A DNA stretch of 64,000 nt from an uncultured delta proteobacterium (GTDB lineage: Bacteria; Myxococcota_A; Polyangia; Polyangiales; B10-G4): positions 693,975 to 757,974 of the forward strand of contig CAVSGI010000021.1 in assembly GCA_963727445.1 (NCBI GenBank), written 5' to 3'. Within the stretch, counting starts at the first letter, position 1; each line of letters starts with the position of its first letter. Below, one piece after another: positions 55,283 through 64,000 of the stretch. Below the pieces are notes generated by a model. It saw only the letters and a program-made list of their open reading frames with translations. It did not search any database and was not told where the DNA came from. The position numbers and the translations under genes are program-made.

Positions 55283-56822
55283 ATGACCGCGCACCGCCTC
55301 CCCCCGCCGCGCTTCAACATGGCGCGCTACTGCATCGGGCGCGCGGCGACGGCCGACCCGGACAAGGTGGCGCTGACCGTCGTTTCCGATGTCGACGCGC
55401 CGCTGTCGGCGGCGGAACGGTGGACCTTCGGCGAACTCGACGAGACGGTCCGGCGGATCGCGGCGGGCCTGCTCGCCGAGGGTCTCGCGCCCGGCGACCG
55501 GCTGCTGGTCCGGCTCCCGAACGGCAGCGACTATGCGCTCGTGTTCTTCGGTGCGATTGCGGCGGGGATCGTTCCGGTCCGCGACGTCGCCTCAGCTCAC
55601 GGCGAAGAAGCGGCATTCCTGATCGAAAATTCCGGTGCGGCGGCCGATGGCGGCGATCGGCGAGTCATCGTCGCCGGATCGCACCGCACGATCGACGGCG
55701 ACGGCGCTGGCGCGGATCAAGGCGGCCGCTCCCCTCCCCGACTACGCCGACACCGCCGCCGACGATCCGGCATTCATGATCTACACGTCGGGCACGAGCC
55801 AGACAGCCGAAGGGCGTGCTGCACGCCCAGCGCAGCGCCTGGGGGCGGCGGCCGATCTACGCCGACTGGTACGGGATCACCGGCGACGACGTCGTGCTCC
55901 ACGCCGGCGCGTTCAACTGGAGCTTCACGCTCGGCGCCGGGCTGACCGACCCGTGGGCGAACGGGGCGAGCGCGGTTCTCTACAACGGGCCGCGCGACGT
56001 CTCGGTGTGGCCGCAGCTGATCGCCGCCACCGGCGCGACGCTGTTTGCCGCCGTGCCGTCGCTCTACCGGCAGATTCTGAAATACTGCGACCTCGACGCC
56101 GTCCGATCTCGCCACGCTCCGCCACGGGCTGGCTGCCGGCGAAGCGCTGAACCCGACGATCCTCGCCGACTGGCGGAAGGCGACCGGCCTCGAAATCTAC
56201 GAGGCGTTCGGCATGAGCGAGTGCTCGACGTTCATCTCGACCCGGCCGGGCACGCCGATCCAGCCGGGCAGTCCCGGCAAACCACAGACGGGACGCGTGA
56301 TCGCGATCCTGCCGGTCGAGGACGGAGACGACGCCGCTGGCCACCGGCGAGATCGGGCTGCTGGCCATCCACCGCAGCCGAGCCCGGCCTGATGCTCGGC
56401 TACTGGCGGCTGCCGGAGGAAGACGCGCGCACGACGCGCGGCGACTGGTTCGTCGGCGGCGACCTCGCGCAGCATCGACGCGGACGGCTACGTCTGGCCG
56501 GCGGGACGCGCCGACGATGTCATGAACGCAGGCGGGTTTCGCGTTTCGCCGCTCGAAGTCGAGGCGGCGATTGCCGGCCATCCCAGCCGTCGCCGACGTG
56601 GCGGTCGCGGAGCGGGCGGTGCGGCCCGATGTCAAGGTCATCGCGGCGTATGTGGTGCCGCGGCCGGGCGCGACGGCCGATGCCGACGCCATTCTCGCTT
56701 TTGCGGCGACCCACCTTGCCGCCTACAAGCGGCCGCGCCAGATCATCTTCGTCGACGCGCTGCCGCGCTCCGCAAACGGCAAGATTCTCCGCCGCGCGCT
56801 GGCGCAAGCGGAGGCGGTGTGA
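55283..56822 (+). CDS. AMP-dependent acyl-CoA synthetase, frameshifted
   Basis: [36 protein letters not shown]. Confidence 0.88.
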
Positions 56823-56843
56823 ATGGAAACCGTGATGCGGAAA

Positions 56844-57080
56844 TCAGCCCTCGAGCGTGATCGTCGGTTCGCCGGTCTTCACCTCGTCGCCCGTGGCGAT
56901 CTTGATCTCGACCACTTTGCCGGCAAACGGCGACGGTACTTCGACCTGGGTCTTGTCGGTTTCGGCGACGAAGAGCGCCTGGCCTTCGGTGATCGTGTCG
57001 TCGACCTTCACGAGCAGTTCGACGATGACGACCTCATCGACCGCGTCCCCGACCTTCGGCATTTTCAGCGTAGTGCGCAC
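56844..57080 (-). CDS. Free-standing lipoyl (biotin/lipoyl attachment) domain protein
   Basis: LKMPKVG...VGD-like..[15 protein letters not shown]; 78 aa, then stop. Confidence 0.88.
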   Translation of the reverse strand: MRTTLKMPKVGDAVDEVVIVELLVKVDDTITEGQALFVAETDKTQVEVPSPFAGKVVEIKIATGDEVKTGEPTITLEG

Positions 57081-57185
57081 GAATTGAACTCCTTGATGCG
57101 GTCGTTGCCGCTGCCGTGGCCAGCGAATACTAGGCCGGCATGAGGGAGCGCGTCAATACCAATTGACGCACTCAGCGCGCAATTC

Positions 57186-57201
57186 CGGTACGCGCCTTGC
57201 G
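57186..57201 (+). promoter_or_regulatory. Candidate sigma-54 promoter upstream of E1-beta
   Basis: CGGTACG-CGCC-TTGC, GG-N10-GC, ~110 bp before the start. Confidence 0.45.
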
Positions 57202-57308
57202 CGACGATTGCAGCTGGACGCGCGCCCTCGGCGCGGCGCGAGCAGCGGTCAAACGGGACTGCAAGCTCGTTCTTGTCACCAATCTCAGACATTCAGGGAG
57301 GGAACTCA

Positions 57309-58316
57309 GTGGCATTGATACGAATGCGTCAGGCGGTGATGAAGGCGCTGGACGACGCCTTGGCGGAGGATCCTTCGGTGATCGTTATGGGGGAGGACAT
57401 CGCGGCGGCGGGGGCCCGTTCAAGGTGACGGAAGGTCTCCTGGAGAAGCACGGTCCCGACCGGGTGATCGACACGCCGATCTCGGAGATGGGGTTTCTGG
57501 GCGCGGCGGTGGGTGCGGCGGTGTGCGGCATGAAGCCGGTGGCGGAGATGATGTTCGTCGAGTTCACCGGGGTGGCGCTGGACGCGCTGACGACGGAAGC
57601 GGCGACGATGCGCTATCTGTCGCGCGGCCAGTTCACGGTGCCGATGGTGATGCGCGCCTCGGCCGGGGCCGGCCAGGGCTTCGGCTGCCAGCACTCGCAG
57701 ATGCTCGACCACTGGTTCCGGGGGACGCCGGGCTTGAAGGTGTGCGTGCCGAGCGGCTCGCGCACGGCCTACGGGCTCCTGCGCTCGGCGATCGAGGACC
57801 CGGACCCGGTGGTGGTTCTGGAGCCGCGCGTGCTCTACGGCGAGCGCGAGGAGTTCGACGGCGATCCGGCCTACCGGGTGCCGCTCGGCAAGGCGGAGAT
57901 CGTGGCCGAGGGCAAGGACGTGACGGTGCTGACGGCGGGGCGATGGTGCGGGTGGTGCAGCGACGCCGCCGCAATGACCAAGGCCAGCGTCGAGGTGATC
58001 GACCTGTTGTCGCTGTGGCCGTGGGACGAGGAGACGGTGACGAAGTCGGTCGGCAAGACCGGGCGTCTGGTGACGGTGGAGGAAGCGCCGGCCGGAACCG
58101 GCTGGGGCGGCCACGATGGTGTCGACCATCCTCGGCACCTCGTTCGGCGCGTTGAAGGCGCCGCCGCACCGCATCACGCTCCCCGATGCGCCGATCCCCT
58201 ACAACGGCACGCTGGAAGCGCGCTATCTCCCCAATCCCGAGTATGTCGCCGCGCAGATCGACGCGCTGGTCACGACCGGCCAGGCGCCGCAGGCCTGGTG
58301 GAAGGAAGCATCATGA
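57309..58316 (+). CDS. 2-oxoacid/acetoin dehydrogenase E1 beta subunit, frameshifted
   Basis: GEDI..GG.FKVT.GL, RVIDTPISE, QHSQ, DPDPVV, EVIDL, KTGRLVTVEE. Confidence 0.9.
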
Positions 58317-59317
58317 ACACGCTGATCAACTCCGAACGTTCCCACCGCCCGCCGCGCCGCGCTCGACCGACCGGGTGGAGCAGCTGAAGCGGATGATGGA
58401 GATCCGCGCCGTGGAGGAGCGCATCCAGAAGCTCTTCGCCGACGGCCAGGTGCGCGGCAGCACGCATCTGTGCAGCGGCCAGGAGGCGGTCTCGGTCGGC
58501 ATCGCCCGCGAGATCGACCCGGACGACGTGGTCACCTGCACCTACCGCGGCCACGGCCACGCGCTGGCGCTGGGGGCGAACCCGGTGCAGGTGCTGGGCG
58601 AGATCTGCGGCCGCACCGTCGGCTGCGCCGGCGGGCCTCGGCGGCTCGATGCACCTGATGGAGGCCTCGGTCGGCCTGCTGCCGACCTTCGCCATCGTCG
58701 GGGCCGGGTTGCCGGTCGCCTGCGGGGCGGCGATGGCGGCGCGCGCGCGGGGCACCGACCGGGTGGCGGTGGCGATCTTCGGCGATGGCTCGACCAACAT
58801 CGGCGCCTTCCATGAATCGCTGAACTTCGCCGCGATCCGCAAGCTGCCGATCGTGTTCATCTGCGAGAACAACCTCTACGGCGAGTACTCGCGCATCAAC
58901 CTGACGACGCCGGTGACCGACATCGCGGTCCGCGCCATCGAGCTACGCCATGCCCGGCGTCATCGTCGACGGGCAGGACGTCGACGCGGTCGCCAAGGCC
59001 GTGGCCGAGGCCGTCGCCCGGGCCCGACAAGGGGGACGGTCCCTCGCTTCTGGAGATGAAGACCTACCGCTACTCCGGCCACTCGCGCTCCGACCCCGCG
59101 ACCTACCGGCCGGCGGGCGAGCTCGACGCAATGGCTGGAGCGCGACCCGATCGACATCTTCGCCAAACGTCTCGTCGAGGAGAAGGCGATCGCAAACGAC
59201 GACGTCGCCAGCCTCCGCGCCGAGATGGTCGCCTACGTCGATCACGGCGCCGACGAAGCCCTCGCCGCCCCCGAACCGGCCCAGATCGAGATCCTCTCCC
59301 ACGTCACCGCGGCCTCA
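58313..59317 (+). CDS. 2-oxoacid/acetoin dehydrogenase E1 alpha subunit, frameshifted (end approximate)
   Basis: H..GQEA, YRGHGH, GGSMH, TPP motif GDG..N.G.FHE...ENN, TYRYSGHS..DP..YR. Confidence 0.9.
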
Positions 59318-59334
59318 CACGGCGGAGATACCAG

Positions 59335-59622
59335 ATGGAATTTCTGGTCGAAATAGAGGTCCGCTGGCCGCCTGACGGCGATCCGAAGCGACGGGACGCG
59401 TTGATCGCCGCCGAGGCCAAGCGGGCGAAGGAACTGGCGGGCGCAGGCATCATCAAACGCGTCTGGCGCGTGCCGGGCGAATGGAAGAATGTCGGCCTGT
59501 GGGAGGCGCCGGACGCGACCGCGGTGCACGAGGCGATTACGTCGCTGCCGTTCTTTCCGTGGCTGAGCGTTAAGGTTCGGCCTATGGCGGAGCACCCCAA
59601 CGATCCGCGGGCGAAGGCGTGA
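59335..59622 (+). CDS. Muconolactone delta-isomerase (CatC)-like protein
   Basis: MEFLV...E..RA.EL...G...WRVPG...N...W......H....LP.FPW..V.V.P...HP. Confidence 0.85.
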   Translation: MEFLVEIEVRWPPDGDPKRRDALIAAEAKRAKELAGAGIIKRVWRVPGEWKNVGLWEAPDATAVHEAITSLPFFPWLSVKVRPMAEHPNDPRAKA

Positions 59623-59674
59623 CCGCCGCTCCGCGCCCACGTTCGTGGCGCGCGCGGCCAAAGGCGACAGAAAA

Positions 59675-60529
59675 ATGGTGATCCCACCGCGGCGGCGTTC
59701 CTGTCTCACGGTTCCCGCCGTCTCGGAGAAAATGACGGCCAAGGCGCTGGCGCTGGCGGCCGACGAAATCGTCCTCGATCTCGAGGACGGTGTCGCCGCC
59801 GCCGACAAGGCCGCGGCGCGCCGGAATGCCGTGATGCTGCTGCGGCACGACGCCTGGCGGGCGCGCACTGTCGCCGTCCGCGTCAACGCCATCGGCTCGC
59901 CGTGGTGGGAGGAGGACCTCGCGGCGATCGCCGCGGTCGACCATCCCGGTCTGACGCTCGTCATTCCGAAGGTGGAGGGCGCCGACGATCTCGGCGCCAT
60001 CCGGCGCCAGCTCGGCGAGGCCCCGTCGACCCGGATCGGCCTTCAGGCGTTGATCGAAACCGCCGCCGGCATCGCCAACGTCGTCGACATCGCCGGTGCC
60101 GGCGAGGGCCTGCAGTCGCTCATCGTTGGCTACGCCGATCTTGCCTCTTCGCTTGGCCGGCCGGCGGGCGCGGCGCAATCCTGGCAGACGGTGCAGGACA
60201 TGGTCGTGATCGCGGCGCGCGCCAACGATCTCCAGCCGATCGACGGGCCGCACTTCCAGATCAAGGCCGACGACTCGCTGCGCCGCGAAAGCGAACGCGC
60301 CCGCGATCAGGGGTTCGACGGCAAATGGGCGATCCACCCCTCGCATATCGAGCCGATTAACGCGGCCTTCACGCCGAGCGACGATGAGATTGCCGAAGCG
60401 CGGGCGCTGCTCGCTCATCTCGGCGGCGGCGGCCGCGCCGGCGCCAGCGCCCACGACGGGCGCATGGTCGACGAAGCGATGCGGCTTGCCGCCGTTCGCG
60501 TCCTGGCTCGCGCCGGCATCGAGGAGTAG
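59675..60529 (+). CDS. CitE/Mcl-like CoA-ester lyase (HpcH family)
   Basis: RS.L.VP, LDLEDGV, VRVN, PKVE, LIET, G.ADL, IDGP, GFDGKWAIHP, GRMVD. Confidence 0.92.
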   Translation: MVIPPRRRSCLTVPAVSEKMTAKALALAADEIVLDLEDGVAAADKAAARRNAVMLLRHDAWRARTVAVRVNAIGSPWWEEDLAAIAAVDHPGLTLVIPKVEGADDLGAIRRQLGEAPSTRIGLQALIETAAGIANVVDIAGAGEGLQSLIVGYADLASSLGRPAGAAQSWQTVQDMVVIAARANDLQPIDGPHFQIKADDSLRRESERARDQGFDGKWAIHPSHIEPINAAFTPSDDEIAEARALLAHLGGGGRAGASAHDGRMVDEAMRLAAVRVLARAGIEE

Positions 60530-60535
60530 ATCCGC

Positions 60536-61547
60536 ATGAGCGACAACGCCATCATCGTCGGCGGACCGTATTTCGACGACCTGGCGATCGGCGACCGTTT
60601 TCGAATCCGCGCCGGGCGTGACGCTGACCGATGGGCTCGCCGCCGCGCATCTCGCCATCGTCGGCGGCCGCATGCGGATCGCCGTCGATCGCCGGTTGTC
60701 GCGGCGATGAGCGGCGCGGGCGCGCCGCTGGCGCCGCCGGCGCTGGTTTGGGATGTCTCCATCGGCCAGTCGACGCTGGTTACCGGGCGCGCCATCGCCA
60801 ACCTGTTCTATCGCGGCCTGGTGTTCCGGAAATTTCCCGCCATCGGCGACACGCTGACGCACGCGCACCGAGATCGTCGGCCTCCGCGCGCTCGCCGCCA
60901 AGCCGGGTCGTCCGCCGCGCGGGCTGGTGGTGATGCGCATCGTCACCACCGACGAACGCGGCGCGGTCGTGCTCGACTATCACCGCTGCGCCATGCTGCC
61001 GGCGCGCGCGCCGGTCGAACGCGTCCGCGTCCGGCGAACTCGAGCCGCCGCCGCCGGACCTGACGCCCGCGACGTTCGAGCCGGTCGTCGGAGCATGGAA
61101 CCTCGACGCGTTCCGCAACGACGTTTCGGGGCCGCATTTCGGCGATATCCGCACCGGAACGGTGTTCCGGGTGGATGCCGGCGACGTCGTCAGCTCGGCG
61201 CCCGAGCTGGCGCGCATGACGCTGAACCTCGCCGCCGTCCACCACGATCGCAGTGCCGCGCGCGACGGGCGGCGTCTGGTCTATGGCGGCCACACCATCG
61301 GCATTGCGGCCGGCCATGTCAGCCGCGCGCTGCCGGGTCTGGTGACCATCCTCGGCTGGCAGAGCTGCGACCACACCGGACCGGTTCACGAGGGCGACAC
61401 GCTCACCACCGAAATCCACGTCGAGCGCTGCGAAGAGCGCGCGCGATCGGCGGGCTGGTGCATCTGCGCGCGCTGGTCCGCGCCCGCGGCGAGGACGACG
61501 CCGAAAGCGACGTGCTCGACTGGCGGCTCATCGGGCTGATGGCATGA
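60536..61547 (+). CDS. Double hot-dog MaoC-family hydratase (mesaconyl-CoA hydratase-like), frameshifted
   Basis: GPYFDDL..G, IGQST...IANL.Y, LN.A..H.D, RLVYGGH, CDH.GPV.EGDT. Confidence 0.8.
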
Positions 61548-62790
61548 GCGCGGCATTCTCGCAGGGCTCAGCGTCGTCGAGGGATCGGCTTTCGTCGCCG
61601 CGCCGCTCGGCGGCATGACGCTCGCCCAGCTCGGCGCCGACGTCATCCGCTTCGATCCCATCGGCGGCGGGCTCGACGCCGGCCGCTGGCCGCTCGACCG
61701 CGACGGCAACAGCCTCTTCTGGGCCGGCCTCAACAAGGGCAAGCGCTCCATCCAGCGTCGATTTCCGCGCGCCCGGAGGGCCAGGAGATCCTCACCGCGC
61801 TGATCACGCGCGGCGGCGCGGAGCACGGCATTTTCCTCACCAACTTCCCGGCGCGCGGCTGGCTCGACTACGAGAAGCTGAAATCGCCGGCGCGCCGACC
61901 TCGATCATGGTGGCGCTCACCGGCAACGCCGACGGATCGAGCGAGGTCGACTATACGGTCCAGCCGGCGACCGGCTTTCCCGAGATGACGGGGCCGCGCG
62001 GCGCGGACGAGCCGACCAACAGCGTCCTGCCCGCTTGGGACATCGCCATGGGCAACCTCGCCGCGGTCGGGATTCTCGCGGCCGAACGCCACCGGCGTCT
62101 GTCCGGCGAGGGCGCAGCTCGTGCGCCTGGCGCTCTCCGATGTCGCGCTTGCTACGGTCGCCAATCTCGGACGCCTCGCCGAGGCCGAGCTCGGGCTGCC
62201 CGCGCCACAGAAGGACGGCAACTATCTCTACGGCGCGTTCGGCCGCGATTTCCGCACCCGCGACGACCGCCGCGTGATGGTGGTGGGGCTGACCGACCGG
62301 CAATGGCGCGTCGCTGAAAACCGCGACCGGCATCGAGGCCGCCGTCGCCGAACTGGCGTCGGAGAGCGGTGTCGACCTCGAGGCGAGGGCGGCGCGGTAC
62401 GCCGCCCGCGATCGTCTGGCGGCACTGCTGGAGCCATGGTTCGCCGGGCGCACCTTCGCCGAGGTGCGAGGCAGCGCTAACCGACGGCCGGCGTCGCCTG
62501 GGGGCCGTACCGGACGCTTCGACGATCTCGTCCGCAACGATCCGCGCGCGTCCGCCGCCAACCCGATGTTTGCGCCGAGGACCCACGCCGGCGGCGCGAC
62601 CTATTTGACGCCCTCTTCGCCGCTCGATTTTTCCACCGTGCCGCGCGTGCCGCCGCTGGCGGCGCCACGCCTCGGCGAACACACCGACGAAATTCTCGCC
62701 GACCTTCTCAGGCTTTCTTCTTCCGAGATCGGGCGCCTGCACGACCGGAGGATCGTGGCCGGGCCGTCTTCTTCGCCTTCTTCGCGCTAG
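61544..62790 (+). CDS. mct: Mesaconyl-CoA C1-C4 CoA transferase (2-methylfumaryl-CoA isomerase), class III CoA transferase, frameshifted
   Basis: GIL.GL.VVEGSAFVAAPLGGMTLAQLGADVIRFDPIGGGLD..RWP..SLFWAGLNKGKRSI, VDYTV, PAWD, GNYLYGAFG.DF; closely resembles Chloroflexus Mct as I recall it. Confidence 0.85.
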
Positions 62791-63604
62791 CCGCTTTCTT
62801 GCGGCCGGGGGTGAGGCCGTAGTGCGCCAGCAGCGCCGCGTCGGGATCGTAGCGATAGCTGCGTGAGGTGAGGCCGCCGTCGACGGCGAGCGACTGGCCG
62901 GTGATGAACGAGGCCTCGTCGGAGAGCAGCCACGCCACCGCCGCGGCGACTTCGCTCGGCTGCCCGATGCGCTCCAGCGGATGGATGATCGACATCTCGC
63001 GTTCGGCGACCGCCGGATCGGGGCTCTCGCGGATAACCTGCTGGACCAGCGGCGTCGCGATGGCGCCGGGCGCCACTGCGTTGGCGCGGATGCCGACCGG
63101 ACCGTATTCGACCGCGATGTAGCGGGTGAGGGCGTCGATGCCCGCCTTGGCGACGTCGTAGGCGGCCCACATGTTGAAGGCGGCGCGGCCGTGGACCGAC
63201 GAGGTGTTGACGATGGCGCCCGTCCGGCGCTGGCGCACCCAGGTGGAGATCGCTTCCGACGATCCCCAGAAGTGCGACATCAGGTTGACCGCGATGACCC
63301 GGTCGACTTCGTTCTGCCGCGGCTCGTGCAGGTTGCCCATCACGGCGATGCCGACGTTGTTCACCCATCCGCCGAGCGGCGCCAGGGTCTCTGCCTTTTC
63401 GCGCGCCGCCGCGAGCACCGTGCGGTCGGAGGCGTCGCCCTCGATGACCGCGTTCCTGCGGCCCAGCGCCTTGCGCGCGCTCGCCGCGCCCTTCGGGTCG
63501 AGCTCGATCCCCACCGTCCGCCAGCCGTCGGCGGCGAGGCGCTCGGCGATCGCCCGCCCAATTCCGCTCCCGCAGCCCGTCACCACCACGCTTTTTGCAG
63601 CCAT
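62708..63604 (-). CDS. SDR oxidoreductase
   Basis: VTGCGSGIG, VNN.G, YDVAK, IRANAVAPG, ITGQSLAVDGG; GGAG RBS; basic tail overlaps the 3' end of mct. Confidence 0.92.
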   Translation of the reverse strand: MAAKSVVVTGCGSGIGRAIAERLAADGWRTVGIELDPKGAASARKALGRRNAVIEGDASDRTVLAAAREKAETLAPLGGWVNNVGIAVMGNLHEPRQNEVDRVIAVNLMSHFWGSSEAISTWVRQRRTGAIVNTSSVHGRAAFNMWAAYDVAKAGIDALTRYIAVEYGPVGIRANAVAPGAIATPLVQQVIRESPDPAVAEREMSIIHPLERIGQPSEVAAAVAWLLSDEASFITGQSLAVDGGLTSRSYRYDPDAALLAHYGLTPGRKKAASAKKAKKTARPRSSGRAGARSRKKKA

Positions 63605-63673
63605 TTGTCTCCTCCCGGATCCGGATTTTAGCGGCGCTCGTCGCACACTACACGATCTTGTTTCGCGGCCGAA

Positions 63674-63713
63674 ATCATACGTTTGACCTGCACATCGATA
63701 TCATACGTTTGAC
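63674..63713. promoter_or_regulatory. Tandem operator-like boxes in a divergent promoter
   Basis: ATCATACGTTTGAC at 63674-63687 and 63700-63713; core TCATACGTTTGA is one mismatch from a palindrome. Confidence 0.65.
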
Positions 63714-63824
63714 TTCGCGGGAAACGCTGATATTTTTGACTGTCAGCCAACAGGCTGGGCGAGACAACGGTTTGACGCTCGAAGGCGCCATCGCCAGCCG
63801 ACAACACGAAGGACGGGAGGAAAG

Positions 63825-64000
63825 ATGAAGAGACTCCGACAAATTGGAGCGTCCGTCGCCAAAAGCCGGACTCAATCGCCGCGATCTCATGACACGGGCG
63901 GCTGCGGTCGGCTGCGACTGCGGCACTCGGGACCGGGTTGCTCGGCGCCAGCGCGTTCCAGCGCGCCGTCGCCGCCGGATACGATCCCAAGAAATACGCC
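63825..64000 (+). CDS. 5' end of a Tat-exported protein, probably an ABC substrate-binding protein (partial, frameshifted)
   Basis: GGGAGG RBS; LNRRDL twin-arginine motif; A-x-A cleavage, then GYDPKKYA. Confidence 0.55.
   Translation, partial: MKRLRQIGASVAKSRTQSPRSHDTGGCGRLRLRHSGPGCSAPARSSAPSPPDTIPRNT

Noticed and set aside
50852..62790. Mass pseudogenisation or programmed frameshifting of the catabolic cluster
   Set aside because: Catalytic motifs are intact and the indels are scattered single-base events in most genes, which fits sequencing error better; reads are needed to be sure
59675..62790. Evidence for autotrophy via the 3-HP bicycle
   Set aside because: No malonyl-CoA reductase, propionyl-CoA synthase or carboxylases in the window; the context is catabolic

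Overview
The window has two very different parts. (1) 1-~50,220 is a high-GC myxobacterial segment. It looks like Polyangiales/Sandaracinaceae, inferred from a MYXO-CTERM tail, PEGA proteins, Cys-rich lipoproteins, DUF2330 and Ser/Thr kinases. It starts with the 3' ~2.7 kb of a 23S rRNA, a 5S rRNA and a terminator. A cell-envelope-rich region follows: a lipoprotein with a domain resembling an uncharacterised sponge protein family; a peptidoglycan cluster (L,D-transpeptidase, N-terminally truncated MurE paralogue, long monofunctional GT51); acs; a PEGA/OM-barrel/ECF-sigma/FecR-TPR/vWA signalling module; tmk; orphan SctQ- and SctP-like type III secretion genes interleaved with heme A/O and Sco genes; pal-cpoB; two tandem Ca-binding-repeat + integrin-beta-like vWA lipoproteins behind candidate sigma-54 promoters; a kinase/TPR/Cys-rich lipoprotein module; and a small CTAG-flanked MITE/REP-like repeat. 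(2) At ~50,220 two genes are cut and joined, and the sequence switches to an indel-riddled catabolic cluster that looks alphaproteobacterial. It holds tartrate/D-malate dehydrogenase, an amidohydrolase, VOC, EthD, SDRs, an acyl-CoA ligase, a free-standing lipoyl domain, E1-beta/E1-alpha, a CatC-like protein, a CitE-like lyase, a double MaoC hydratase, mesaconyl-CoA transferase Mct and a Tat substrate-binding protein. This junction is most likely a chimeric long-read join. All family calls come from motif recognition by eye; no searches were run.
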